A stretch of DNA of 64,000 nucleotides from Coriobacteriia bacterium (GCA_025361335.1 JANYAK010000002.1:1060-65059), one strand, 5' to 3'; shown: positions 19,355 to 28,600, numbered from the stretch's first letter. Numbers and translations are program-made. The notes: generated by a model not told the origin, from the sequence alone.

Positions 19355-20092
19355 CTACGGCTCCTCAGCCCACCCCGGCACCTCGCGCCACCCCTCGCGC
19401 AGCTCGCGCCGCAGCGCGTCCGTATCGGGAACCCGCTCGCGAAGCAGCGCCCAGAACGCGGGCGAATGGTCGTGCCTCAGCGTGTGGACCAGCTCGTGCA
19501 CCATCACACAGCGCGCCAGTTCGGGGCGCAGGAACAGCAGCGACCGGTTGAGGCTGATGCCGCCGCTGCGCGAGCAGCTTCCCCACCGAGTGCGCTGGGC
19601 GCGCACCGTGGCGTGGGTGAAAGGGATCCCCTCCCGCGCCGAGACCTCCTCGAGCAGCGGCACCAGAAGCGTCCTCGCCTCCCGCGCGAGCCACCGCCGC
19701 AGGGCGGCGCGGCAGGCCTCGTCGTCGCCCGCCGGAGCGGTCACGACGATCCGCCCCGCCACTGTCGCGGCCCTCGCGCCCGCGTTCGCCAAGGTTCGCC
19801 GATACGTCACGTCGAACGACACGCCCGCCGCCGGCAGGTCGACCCGGGATGGGAGCGGCGCGCCGTCAGCCACGGCGAGATGCTCGCGATGCTCGGCGGT
19901 CCTGCGCATGGCGCGCTCTATCCACGCCGCGTGCCCGCGCAGCAGCCCCGGGATCCGCTTCCGGTCCGACTCGCGCGGGATGACCACGACGAGCCCCTCG
20001 CGTGGACTCACGAGCAGGCGGATGCGCCGGGCGCGGGCACTCAGTCGGACCGTGTGCGCCGGCAGGTCGTCGTCCTTGTGCGAGGGTGTCAC
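19355..20092 (-). CDS. YgjP/DUF45-family metal-dependent hydrolase (SprT-like, HExxH)
   Basis: C-terminal CVMVHELVHTLRHDHSPAFWALL contains HELVH. The start is set at GTG 20092 (VTPSHKDDD...) and is uncertain. The 308-aa track ORF start is likely too far upstream. Confidence 0.65.
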   Translation of the reverse strand: MTPSHKDDDLPAHTVRLSARARRIRLLVSPREGLVVVIPRESDRKRIPGLLRGHAAWIERAMRRTAEHREHLAVADGAPLPSRVDLPAAGVSFDVTYRRTLANAGARAATVAGRIVVTAPAGDDEACRAALRRWLAREARTLLVPLLEEVSAREGIPFTHATVRAQRTRWGSCSRSGGISLNRSLLFLRPELARCVMVHELVHTLRHDHSPAFWALLRERVPDTDALRRELREGWREVPGWAEEP

Positions 20093-20182
20093 TGGTCCGC
20101 TCCGGTACTTTCGGGTATGAGTGACACGGTAGCGCGAACCGGCGCCAGGCGCCGCTCGCATCGAACGGGGAGGCGATGACCG

Positions 20183-20377
20183 GTGAGACCCGTGGTGGAC
20201 CGCGATCTGTGCATCGGGTGCGGCTTGTGCCAGGACACTTGTCCCGAAGCCTTCGTCATCGAGGACGACAACCTGGCGCACGTCATCACCGAGAACCCCG
20301 AGCCCGAGCAGTACGACTGCATCCGCGAGGCCGAGGAAGTCTGCCCGGTCACCGCCATCACGATCGTCGAAGAGTAG
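20183..20377 (+). CDS. fdx: Small ferredoxin (single [3Fe-4S]/[4Fe-4S] type)
   Basis: 64 aa. Contains CIGCGLCQDTCP ... CP, a ferredoxin cluster-binding pattern. Acidic protein. Confidence 0.85.
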   Translation: MRPVVDRDLCIGCGLCQDTCPEAFVIEDDNLAHVITENPEPEQYDCIREAEEVCPVTAITIVEE

Positions 20378-20389
20378 CCCTCCCCCGCG

Positions 20390-22546
20390 CTACCGCCGGA
20401 TGAGGTAGCAGCGGTGGATCCGCGGGTGGCGGGCGAAGTCGGGCGGGATGGTCGCAGCGCTCACGTCCTCGATGCGCAGATCGCCCAGCGCCGCGACATC
20501 CAGCCGGAACTTGCGCAGGTTCGTCGAGAACACCAGCACGCCGTCCGGCTCCAGCAGCATCGCCGCGTCGCGGATCATCCCCGCGTGGTCGCGCTGGATG
20601 TCCAGCGTGCCCTCCATCGCGTTCGAGGACGAGAACGACGGCGGGTCGAGGAACACGACCCCGAAGCGGGGTCCTGACGGGTCCGCCGCAGCTTGCGCCA
20701 GCCACTTCGTGGCGTCGGCGCGGACCAGCCGGTGCGCCGGTTCACCGAGGCCGTTGAGCTCCAGGTTGCGGCCCGCCCACTCCAGGTAGGTCTTGGACAG
20801 GTCGACCGATGTGGTGGCCACGGCGCCGGCCAGTGCGGCAGCCACGGTGACCGCGCCCGTGTAGCAGAACAGGTTGCACAGCGAGCGACCCTCGGCCAGC
20901 TCCCCCACCATCCGCCGCGTCGTGCGGTGGTCCGGGAACAGCCCGGTGTCCAGATAGTCGTCCAGGTTGACCAGCAGGCGCGCGTCGCCCTCCCGCACCG
21001 TCAGGAAGCGGGAAGTGTGTGCGATACGCTCGTACTGGGCGGCCTCGCCACGCTGGCGGCGACGCACCTTGAGCCGCACCTCCGCGGGAGACATACCGAG
21101 CACCTCGGGAACAGCAGCAACGGCCTCCTGCAGACGCACCGACGCCTTGACCGGGTCGACATCGCGGGGAGCCTCGTACTCCGCCACCACCGCGCGCCTC
21201 ACTCCGTCCTCGCAGTCGTACACGTCGACCGAGACCGCGTAGTCGGGCAGGTCGGCGTCGTACACCCGCCACACCGTCACGCCCTCGCGCCGCGCCCACT
21301 TCGACAGGTGCCGCCAGTCCTTGCGAAGGCGATTCGCGAACGCCGCGGCGCCCGCCGTCTCGTCCACGACGCCGGGGACCGGCACGTCCGCCACGTCCAG
21401 CCGCACCGGGATCGTCCCGTTGAACAGCCGGTAGGTCTCCTCGGGAACGACTCCCACCGCCGCGGCCAGCGAGTCGTCATCCGTCAGCACCGCGCTGCGC
21501 CATCCCGGGAAGGCCTCCCGCAGACGCGCGCCCAGCATGCCGTACAGCGCCCCGACCTCGGACCTCTCGCCCACACGCTCGCCGTACGGGGGGTTCGCCG
21601 CGACCAGTCCGCATGCCGCGCCCTCGGGCGCCGAGGCGCGCTCGATGGGCAGACGCTCCACGCTCACCCGTCCCTTCAGGCCCGCGCGCGCGATGTTGGA
21701 GGTCGCCAGCTCCACGGCCGACGCCTGGCTGTCCGAGCCCGCGATCGGGGGCAGGGCGGCGAGGCCGGCTTCCGCCCGGTCGTCCGCCTCCACGATCAGG
21801 TCGTCCCACGCGTCGGAGTCGTGGCCGAGCCATCCGGTGAACCCGAAGCGTGGCCGAAGCAGCCCGGGCGCGACGTCGCCCGCGATCCATGCTCCCTCGA
21901 TGAGCAGGGTACCCGAGCCGCACATGGGGTCAACCAGCGCCCCCCCGGCGGCGGCGATGTCGCGCCAGCCGGCCAGCAGCAGCATGGCGGCCGCGAGCGA
22001 CTCCTTCAGCGGCGCGACCGCCTGGACCCCGGCCTCGCGGTAGCCGCGGCGATGCAGCGCGTCTCCCGCCAAGTCGATCGAGACCGTGGCGCGAAGAGAG
22101 CGGATCCGCACGTTGATGCGCACGTCGGGGCTCGCCGGGTCCACGGAGGGCCGGCGCCCGAACGTGTCGCGAAGCCGGTCCACGACCGCGTCCTTGACCT
22201 TCTGCGCACCGAACATCGTGTTACGGAACGCCGGGTTCGGGTCCGACGCGAAGTCGACCGCCAGGGTCCCATCCACCGGCACGTGATCCTCCCACGGAAG
22301 GGCGCGGACGCCCTCGTACAGCGCGTCCACCGAACCTGCGTCGACTATGGCCAGCGACAACAGGATCCTGCTGGCGGTGCGCGACCACAGGCAGGCCCGG
22401 TACGCCGCCGTCAGGTCGCCGCGGAACGACACGCCGGCGCGCGCCTCCCGCACGTCGCTCGCCCCCAGCGCACGCAGCTCCTCTGCCAGCACGGCCTCGA
22501 CCCCGCGGGCGCACGTGGCGAACAGGATGTGGCGCTTCTCGCTCAT
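20390..22546 (-). CDS. rlmL: Bifunctional 23S rRNA methyltransferase RlmKL-like (THUMP + two SAM-MTase domains)
   Basis: Starts MSEKRHILFATCARGVEAVLAEELRALGA (an ATGA overlap with the upstream gene). Contains DPMCGSGTLLIE, NPPYGER and a C-terminal class I MTase (NLFCYTG...FLDPP). The track ORF N-terminal extension is discounted. Confidence 0.85.
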   Translation of the reverse strand: MSEKRHILFATCARGVEAVLAEELRALGASDVREARAGVSFRGDLTAAYRACLWSRTASRILLSLAIVDAGSVDALYEGVRALPWEDHVPVDGTLAVDFASDPNPAFRNTMFGAQKVKDAVVDRLRDTFGRRPSVDPASPDVRINVRIRSLRATVSIDLAGDALHRRGYREAGVQAVAPLKESLAAAMLLLAGWRDIAAAGGALVDPMCGSGTLLIEGAWIAGDVAPGLLRPRFGFTGWLGHDSDAWDDLIVEADDRAEAGLAALPPIAGSDSQASAVELATSNIARAGLKGRVSVERLPIERASAPEGAACGLVAANPPYGERVGERSEVGALYGMLGARLREAFPGWRSAVLTDDDSLAAAVGVVPEETYRLFNGTIPVRLDVADVPVPGVVDETAGAAAFANRLRKDWRHLSKWARREGVTVWRVYDADLPDYAVSVDVYDCEDGVRRAVVAEYEAPRDVDPVKASVRLQEAVAAVPEVLGMSPAEVRLKVRRRQRGEAAQYERIAHTSRFLTVREGDARLLVNLDDYLDTGLFPDHRTTRRMVGELAEGRSLCNLFCYTGAVTVAAALAGAVATTSVDLSKTYLEWAGRNLELNGLGEPAHRLVRADATKWLAQAAADPSGPRFGVVFLDPPSFSSSNAMEGTLDIQRDHAGMIRDAAMLLEPDGVLVFSTNLRKFRLDVAALGDLRIEDVSAATIPPDFARHPRIHRCYLIRR

Positions 22547-23730
22547 GAGCTCGTCTCCGTTCCGGGAACCGTGTGCGCGTCGGCGACAGACCTCGCGCCG
22601 ACAGCTCCCGAGTCGAGCGGCTGCAGGCCGGATTCGAAGTACCCGCGCAGCGACGACGGCACGCGCTCGAGGTCCGCCGCCGCAACGAGAGCCGAGACGT
22701 CCCGCGCGTTGCAGGTGTCCCAGAACAGCACCGTGCGACCGGCCAGCCGGCCCTCGCGTCCCCACCCCAGCAGCGCCGCCAGCGTCTTGCCCGTGTACGT
22801 ACCCTCGGCGCGGATCCCGGCGCTCTCGGCCAGACGCACGGCTTCCATGCCCTCCGGCGTGAACCGCGCGTACTCATCGCCCAGATACCCGCACGCCACG
22901 AGCACGTCGTCCTCGCCCCACTCGTGCTGTGGGAACGTGGGGTCGGCGGCGCGCAGCAGCTCCTGCGTCTCGCGGATCAGAGCCAGCAAGCCGTCGGCCG
23001 TGTCCATCTCGTAGGACACGACCGGCACGCCGACCACCTTCGTCGCCAGCCCGGCGGCGCGCATCCCCAGCGCGAGGCCGACGGCGGTGCCCATGGAGCC
23101 CAGCGCGACGAACACGTAGTCCGGCTGGGGAAGCTCGCGGTGCTCCACCTGGGTGGCCAGCTCGAGCCCGGCGCTCACGAATCCGAGCGTCGAGCGCGGG
23201 TTCGTCCCGCCGAAGGGGATCACGTACGGCTCGCGGCCGGTGCTGTCGCGCAGCCTGCGCCTCAGCGCCGCGGTGCCGCGCAGCAGGTGCGCCTGGTCGG
23301 GGTAGTGGTGCAGGTCGGCGCCCGCGGACATCGCCGCCAGCACGTTGGTGCGCACGTAGCCCGCGTTCGGCTGGGGCAGCAGCATCGAGTGCACGCGCAG
23401 CCCGAGCGCCGCTCCGTGGATCGCCGTGGCCAGCGCGTGGTTCGACCCGGCGGCTCCGAACGTGATCACGTCCGACGCACCCGAGGCGAGCGCCTCGCCC
23501 AGAAGGAACTCCAGCTTGCGGACCTTGTTGCCGCCGTACACCTCGCCCGACAGGCCGTCGTCCTTGACCCACACGGCCGCCGCTGCGGCGGCTCGCGTCA
23601 GCTCGGGCGCCTCCGCGACCCGCGTCGGCAGCGTCGCCAACCGCACCCACGGCAGGTCGAGCGTGCCCGGATATCGGGCGAACAGCTCTCGGGCGAAGCG
23701 ACGGTCGTCCGTTCCGGGCCCAGCCGTCAC
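22543..23730 (-). CDS. PLP-dependent ACC deaminase / D-cysteine desulfhydrase family protein
   Basis: 395 aa. DDLSGEVYGGNKVRKLEFLL and GAAGSNHA match this fold-type II PLP family. Substrate is not assignable. Confidence 0.8.
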   Translation of the reverse strand: MTAGPGTDDRRFARELFARYPGTLDLPWVRLATLPTRVAEAPELTRAAAAAAVWVKDDGLSGEVYGGNKVRKLEFLLGEALASGASDVITFGAAGSNHALATAIHGAALGLRVHSMLLPQPNAGYVRTNVLAAMSAGADLHHYPDQAHLLRGTAALRRRLRDSTGREPYVIPFGGTNPRSTLGFVSAGLELATQVEHRELPQPDYVFVALGSMGTAVGLALGMRAAGLATKVVGVPVVSYEMDTADGLLALIRETQELLRAADPTFPQHEWGEDDVLVACGYLGDEYARFTPEGMEAVRLAESAGIRAEGTYTGKTLAALLGWGREGRLAGRTVLFWDTCNARDVSALVAAADLERVPSSLRGYFESGLQPLDSGAVGARSVADAHTVPGTETSS

Positions 23731-24209
23731 GGACGCTCGATCGTGACCGACTCCATGACGTCACCGCGCTCGATCGCATGCACCACGTCGAGCCCCTCGG
23801 TGACCTGGCCGAAGACGGTGTAGTTGTGGTCGAGGAACGTGTGGCGCCCCAGGCAGATGTAGAACTGGCTGCCGGCGGAGTCGGGCGAGGCCGCCCGCGC
23901 CATCGCGACAGTACCGTCGACGTGCGGCCGCTCGTTGAACTCCGCCCCAAGGTAGTAGCCCGGGCCGCCGGTACCGGCCGCTCCGCCCCCGTCACGCGAG
24001 AAGGGGTCCCCGCCCTGGATCACGAAACCGGGCTCGACGCGGTGGAACGTCGTGCCGTCATAGAAGCCCTTCTCCGCCAACTCGACGAATGCCGCGGCAT
24101 GCGTGGGCGCGTCCTTGCAAAAGAAGGTGAACTTGATGACGCCCTTGGGCGTCGTGATGACGGCGACTTCGTCGCCCGTGCATGTATAGGTCGGTTCGTG
24201 CAGAGCCAT
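23727..24209 (-). CDS. Peptidyl-prolyl cis-trans isomerase (cyclophilin type)
   Basis: Contains FHRV.PGFVIQGGDP and GSQFYICL. Start is chosen at the ATG preceded by AGGAGGATCC. The track start at 24257 is possible but lacks an RBS. Confidence 0.88.
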   Translation of the reverse strand: MALHEPTYTCTGDEVAVITTPKGVIKFTFFCKDAPTHAAAFVELAEKGFYDGTTFHRVEPGFVIQGGDPFSRDGGGAAGTGGPGYYLGAEFNERPHVDGTVAMARAASPDSAGSQFYICLGRHTFLDHNYTVFGQVTEGLDVVHAIERGDVMESVTIERP

Positions 24210-24253
24210 GGATCCTCCTGGATGCGTAGGGGAGAAGGGGTCGTGCGGAGCCG

Positions 24254-25066
24254 TCACTTGCCGTCCGCGAAGCCGGCGACGACGTACGTGCCCGAGCGCT
24301 GGTCGGTCCTCAGCGTGACGAGCCCCGACTTCTCAGCGTCCTCGAGCAGGGCCGAGAAGGTGCGGTACCCGTACGACGACTCCGCGAAGGCCGGGTTCTT
24401 GCGCTTCATCGTGTCCTTGACCAGCGACGAGTACATCACGTCCTTGTTCTCGCGCTGAAGACCCTGGATCGTCTCGACCAGCAGCTGCATGGCGGGACGC
24501 TTCTCCTTGGGAACGGACTGTGCCGACACCGAGGGCGGCGCCAAGGCTCCCGTGCCCAGGTCCTCGTAGTAGATGAACTCGTCGCAGCTGGCGGCCAGAA
24601 GGTCGGATGTGGAGTCCTTCATGCCCAGGCCGATGACGTTCTTGCCGTTCTCCTTGAGTTTGGCGACCAGCGGCGTGAAGTCGGAGTCGCCCGAGACGAT
24701 GACGAACGTGTCCACGTGATCCTTGCTGTAGCACATGTCCATGGCATCGACGACCAGCTGGATGTCGGCGTGGTTCTTGCCGGTCTTGCCGCGCTCGGGG
24801 ATCTCCATCATCTGGATGCCCGAGTCATGCATGATGACGCGGTACTTCTCGAAGCGGCCCCAGTCGGCGTAGGCACGCCGCACGATGACCTTGCCCTTCT
24901 CGATGAGCCTCTCGAGGATGGCGGTCACGTCCAACATGCCGTTGTTGGCCGACGCGGGTGCGCGGCGCCGGCGGCCCGCGGCGGCGGGCAGCCCGTCGCG
25001 CTCGTAGCCCAAGGCCAGGTTCTCGAAATCGATGAATACGGCGAGCGAGTGCGCCTCGTCAGCCAT
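24254..25066 (-). CDS. NYN-domain (PIN-like) protein with C-terminal OST-HTH/LOTUS domain
   Basis: 270 aa. Has LAVFIDFENL...AD..L..D.......D.FVIVSGDSDF.PLV.KL.E.GK.V NYN motifs. The C-terminal ~70 aa resemble LOTUS (YGY.TFSALL...SGLV.L). Confidence 0.8.
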   Translation of the reverse strand: MADEAHSLAVFIDFENLALGYERDGLPAAAGRRRRAPASANNGMLDVTAILERLIEKGKVIVRRAYADWGRFEKYRVIMHDSGIQMMEIPERGKTGKNHADIQLVVDAMDMCYSKDHVDTFVIVSGDSDFTPLVAKLKENGKNVIGLGMKDSTSDLLAASCDEFIYYEDLGTGALAPPSVSAQSVPKEKRPAMQLLVETIQGLQRENKDVMYSSLVKDTMKRKNPAFAESSYGYRTFSALLEDAEKSGLVTLRTDQRSGTYVVAGFADGK

Positions 25067-25193
25067 GTGTGTCCCCTCACAGGTCGGTACGCGGCGCAGT
25101 CGATGGCGCGCCGCCTCTCACTGGCGATGGTACTACTACTGCCCATCCTCTTGCGCGCAGAAACCCTCTGGGGTATCGTGCGGTTGGCACAAC

Positions 25194-25209
25194 ATTCGCA
25201 TATTCGCAT
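25194..25209. repeat. Perfect tandem 8-bp direct repeat ATTCGCAT-ATTCGCAT in the divergent NYN/arsR intergenic region
   Basis: Read directly at 25194-25201 and 25202-25209, about 40 nt upstream of the ArsR start. Candidate operator or promoter element. Confidence 0.5.
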
Positions 25210-25250
25210 GTTCATAGAACCCAAGCCGGTCAACGGCCCTGCCGGGAGCG

Positions 25251-25589
25251 ATGATGACGGACTCGAGTGACTTCTACTGCCTGCATTCCGAGATGTGCAA
25301 GACGCTTGCGAACGAGAAGCGCCAGCGCATACTCGACGCCCTGCGTGATGGCGAGCTGACGGTCTCGGACATCCAGGCGCGCACCGGGATCGCGCAGGCC
25401 ACCCTCTCCCAGCATCTGGGCATCATGCGCTCGAAGGGCATGCTCATCTCGCGCCGCGACGGCGCTCACGTCCACTACTTCCTGTCCAACGCGAAGATCC
25501 TGCAGGCGTTCGACCTCATCAGCGAGGTTCTCGCCGAGCAGATGGATGTACGCAAGGAAGCCATCGACAGCGCGCTCGGCGAGAGGTGA
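25251..25589 (+). CDS. ArsR/SmtB-family transcriptional regulator
   Basis: 112 aa. LANEKRQRILDAL..GELTVSDIQ...GIAQATLSQHL..M...G....RRDG..V.Y is a winged-HTH of the ArsR type. Confidence 0.9.
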   Translation: MMTDSSDFYCLHSEMCKTLANEKRQRILDALRDGELTVSDIQARTGIAQATLSQHLGIMRSKGMLISRRDGAHVHYFLSNAKILQAFDLISEVLAEQMDVRKEAIDSALGER

Positions 25590-25662
25590 CGGCAGCAATC
25601 GCGGCATGAGCCGCCGCGGCACGAACGAAGAGGCGACCACGACACGAAGGAGCGGAAAGACG

Positions 25663-26172
25663 ATGTCAGACGCAGCGATGGAAGCGGTATTGGCGGCACC
25701 GCGCAAGAAGAAGCTGACCATGGTCGTGATGAGCGGAGACATGGACAAGCTGTTCGGCGCTTTCATCATCGCCACCGGCGCCGCGGCGATGGGCATGGAA
25801 GTGATCATGTTCTTCACGTTCTGGGGCCTTCGCGCCATCAAGAAGGATGTCCGGACCGGCCAGACCTTCTTCGGCAAGATGCTCGGCCTCATGTACGGCG
25901 GGGACATCTCGAAGTCCGATCCGTCCAAGTTCAGCTTCGGCGGCATGGGCCGGTGGATGTTCGGGAAGATGATGGGTGCGAACAACGTCGCCAAGCTCAC
26001 CGAGCTACGCGACCTTGCCGTGATGCTGGGCGTGGGCCTGTATCCGTGCCAGATGTCCATGGACGTCATGGAGATCCCCGCAGAGTCGTTCATCGACGGC
26101 GTCAAGCCGGCCGTCGGCGTCGGCTTCATGCTCGGCGAGGCCGAGGAGTCCGGGATCCAGTTCTTCATCTAG
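25663..26172 (+). CDS. DsrE2/DsrE3-like sulfur-relay protein (DsrE/DsrF/DrsH-like, DrsE_2 family)
   Basis: ATG at 25663 follows GAAGGAGCGG. KLTMVVMSGDMDKLFGAFIIATGAAAMGMEVIMFFTFWGL...LYPCQMSMDVM...FI matches this family, including the conserved Cys. The upstream part of the 208-aa track ORF overlaps arsR and is discounted. Confidence 0.85.
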   Translation: MSDAAMEAVLAAPRKKKLTMVVMSGDMDKLFGAFIIATGAAAMGMEVIMFFTFWGLRAIKKDVRTGQTFFGKMLGLMYGGDISKSDPSKFSFGGMGRWMFGKMMGANNVAKLTELRDLAVMLGVGLYPCQMSMDVMEIPAESFIDGVKPAVGVGFMLGEAEESGIQFFI

Positions 26173-26228
26173 ACAGCCGGGCGCGCCGCGCCCGCGCCAC
26201 GACGAGCCACCGACCGAAAGGAACGCAC

Positions 26229-26471
26229 ATGTCCGACGAAATCAAGCCCGATCTGGAGCTCGACCTGAAGGGTCTGCTCTGCCCCCTGCCCATGGTCAAG
26301 GTGTCCCAGAGGATCAAGGACGTCCCGGTGGGCGGAGTCATCCGTGCCGTCGCGACCGACCCCGGCGCCATGGCCGACATCCCCGCATGGGCCAAGTCGA
26401 CAGGCAACGAAGTCGTGTCGGCCGGGAAGGTCGGCGGCGAGTTCGTGTTCCTCGTCAAGCGCGTCAAGTAG
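26229..26471 (+). CDS. tusA: TusA/SirA-family sulfurtransferase
   Basis: 80 aa. LDLKGLLCPLPMVK carries the diagnostic CPxP active-site motif. Embedded in the longer track ORF 25953..26471. Confidence 0.9.
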   Translation: MSDEIKPDLELDLKGLLCPLPMVKVSQRIKDVPVGGVIRAVATDPGAMADIPAWAKSTGNEVVSAGKVGGEFVFLVKRVK

Positions 26472-26493
26472 CCGGAAGGACGAACCGAAGTAC

Positions 26494-27219
26494 ATGGAAA
26501 CCTACCTGCAGATCACCTCGGTGTGGGGTGTGTACCTCTCCATCGCGGTGTTCGTCGCGGGGATGGCCTGGCGCATCTGGGAATGGAGCACGACGCCCCG
26601 TTCCCCGATACCGCTGGGCATGTTCCCCAAGCCCAGAACGGGCACCGGGCGGTTCTTCAAGATGTTGAAGGACACGTTCATCGCTCCGCAGTCGTTCCGG
26701 ATCGAGCCGTGGATGTGGCTCGCCGCCATGGCGTTCCATATCGCCGCGCTCGGTGCGTTCGTCGGCCACCTGCGGCTGATCCACGAGTTCCCGTTCCTGC
26801 CCTCGCTGCTGGGCGAAGCCGGCATGAACACGTTCGCCGCCTGGTCCGGGTCGATCGCCGGCGTGCTGATGCTGGGCGCGATCCTGTTCTGGATCGCGCG
26901 GCGCACCACGGGCCCGTACAAGACGATCTCGGTGCCCGAGGACTACCTGCTGCTCGCGCTGCTGTTCGGCGTCGTCATCATGGGCGACCACATGCGCTTC
27001 GTGTACGGCTCGATCGTGCACGCCGCGACGTATCGCGAGTGGTTCCTGAGCCTGCTGGCGTTCAAGCCGGCGTTCCCCGTCGAGCTCACATCGAGCAACG
27101 TCGCGTTCTCGCTGGGGACGCACATGCTGTTCGTCGACCTGTTCCTGATCTACTTCCCGTTCAGCAAGCTCGTGCACACCGTGGGCGCGCTGGCATCCAA
27201 CTACGTGAGGAGTGAGTAG
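26494..27219 (+). CDS. NarI/DsrM/HdrE-like membrane di-haem cytochrome b (quinol-interacting subunit)
   Basis: From METYLQITSVWGVYLSIAVF... About 5 TM helices with conserved His pairs (AFHIAALGAFVGHLRLIH; GDHM...IVH; GTHM...KLVH). Adjoins the DsrK-like gene with a 2-nt gap. Confidence 0.8.
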   Translation: METYLQITSVWGVYLSIAVFVAGMAWRIWEWSTTPRSPIPLGMFPKPRTGTGRFFKMLKDTFIAPQSFRIEPWMWLAAMAFHIAALGAFVGHLRLIHEFPFLPSLLGEAGMNTFAAWSGSIAGVLMLGAILFWIARRTTGPYKTISVPEDYLLLALLFGVVIMGDHMRFVYGSIVHAATYREWFLSLLAFKPAFPVELTSSNVAFSLGTHMLFVDLFLIYFPFSKLVHTVGALASNYVRSE

Positions 27220-27221
27220 CC

Positions 27222-28520
27222 ATGGCTGACGCCACAACGACCGAAGCCACCGAGCTCGCCACCCTCGCGGGTGTCATCGACAAGAAGATGACGCGCCAGC
27301 TCAAACAGTATTTGGACCTCTGCGCTCGCTGCGCGATCTGCAAGGACGCGTGCCACCAGTACGTGGCGACGCAGGACGTGAAATACCTGCCCGCCTACCG
27401 CGCGGAACTGATCCGGCGCATCTACAAGAAGTACTTCGACAAGACCGGCCGTTTCGTGCCGGCGCTGTACGAAGGCCGCGATCCCGACGAGAACCTGCTC
27501 GACGAGCTCTACGAGACGACGTACGCGTGCACCGGCTGCCGACGCTGCATGTACTTCTGCCCCTTCTCCATCGACACGCAGTTCATCCTGTCGGTGGCCA
27601 AAGCGATGCTGATCGCGGCGGGCAGGGGCAACGAGATGCTCGGCCAGCTCGCCGACGCCGCCATCTTCAAGGGCGACAACATGGAGATGTTCCACGACGT
27701 GATCGTGGACGGCTTCAAGGACGTCGAGAAGGAGGTCCAGGAGATCACCGGCGACCCCACGGCCGAGATCCCCGTCGACAAGCAGGGCGCCGACATCCTG
27801 TACGTCGCGCTCGCCGGGGCGCACTCCATCCGGCCCGCCGCGGTCATCTTCCACGAAGCCAAGGAGTCCTGGACGCTGTCACTGTTCGAGGCCGCCAACT
27901 ACGGCTTCTTCTTCGGCGACCCCGTCAAGGCCCGCAAGATCGCCGACCGCTTCATGGACGAGGCCGTGCGCCTCGGCGTGAAGGAGGTCGTGATCACCGA
28001 GTGCGGTCACGCGTATCGCGTCGCGGAGATCTTCCACGAGGCCTGGGCGGGCAAGAAGCACCCCTTCAAGGTGACCCACGTGCTCGAGAAGATCGACGCC
28101 TACATCAAGGACGGCCGCATCAAGGTCTCCAAGGCAATCGAGTTGCCGATCACCTATCACGACCCCTGCCAGATCGGTCGCAACGGCGGCATCTTCGAGC
28201 AGCCGCGCGACATCGTGAAGGCCATCAGCAAGGACTTCCGGGACATGACGCCCAACCGCCAGGAGCAGTGGTGCTGCGGCGGCGGCGGCGGGATCGTGGC
28301 CATCGACGAGATGAACGAGTTCCGCCTCAAATCCGGTATGAAGAAGGTCGAGCAGATCCGCGCGACGGGCGCCAAGATCGTGGCCAGCCCCTGCGAGAAC
28401 TGCAGGCTCCAGATGGAGGGGCTCGACGAAGTGCACCAGCTCGGCGTCCGCATCGCGGCGATCATGGACTTGGTCGTCGAGTCCATGCCGCTGAAGGGGC
28501 GCGACGCCGCGAAGGTCTGA
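27222..28520 (+). CDS. DsrK/HdrD-like Fe-S (CCG-domain) heterodisulfide-reductase-type catalytic subunit
   Basis: 432 aa. Two ferredoxin-type motifs (CARCAICKDAC, CTGCRRCMYFCP) plus two CCG-type Cys-rich regions (ITECGHAY...DPCQIGRNGG; WCCGGGGG...SPCENC). Confidence 0.85.
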   Translation: MADATTTEATELATLAGVIDKKMTRQLKQYLDLCARCAICKDACHQYVATQDVKYLPAYRAELIRRIYKKYFDKTGRFVPALYEGRDPDENLLDELYETTYACTGCRRCMYFCPFSIDTQFILSVAKAMLIAAGRGNEMLGQLADAAIFKGDNMEMFHDVIVDGFKDVEKEVQEITGDPTAEIPVDKQGADILYVALAGAHSIRPAAVIFHEAKESWTLSLFEAANYGFFFGDPVKARKIADRFMDEAVRLGVKEVVITECGHAYRVAEIFHEAWAGKKHPFKVTHVLEKIDAYIKDGRIKVSKAIELPITYHDPCQIGRNGGIFEQPRDIVKAISKDFRDMTPNRQEQWCCGGGGGIVAIDEMNEFRLKSGMKKVEQIRATGAKIVASPCENCRLQMEGLDEVHQLGVRIAAIMDLVVESMPLKGRDAAKV

Positions 28521-28546
28521 CGTCGGCATACTCCGCTCCCTCTCAA

Positions 28547-28581
28547 GGGGCCGACATCGGGATACGCCCGGTGTCGGCCCC
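28547..28581 (+). terminator. GC-rich hairpin downstream of the dsrK-like gene (intrinsic-terminator-like)
   Basis: GGGGCCGACA...TGTCGGCCCC, perfect 10-bp arms, with further pairing possible in the 15-nt loop. It is followed by TT and sits 27 nt after the stop. Confidence 0.55.
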
Positions 28582-28600
28582 TTCGCGTATGCTGTCGGTC

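Noticed and set aside
27350-28588. Upstream 413 codons of the 988-aa track ORF, which might suggest a DsrK-propeller fusion
   Set aside because: This part is in a different frame from the DsrK-like CDS and is Arg/Pro/Gly-rich nonsense. A terminator-like hairpin and a good signal-anchor start (28589/28601) define the real propeller gene.
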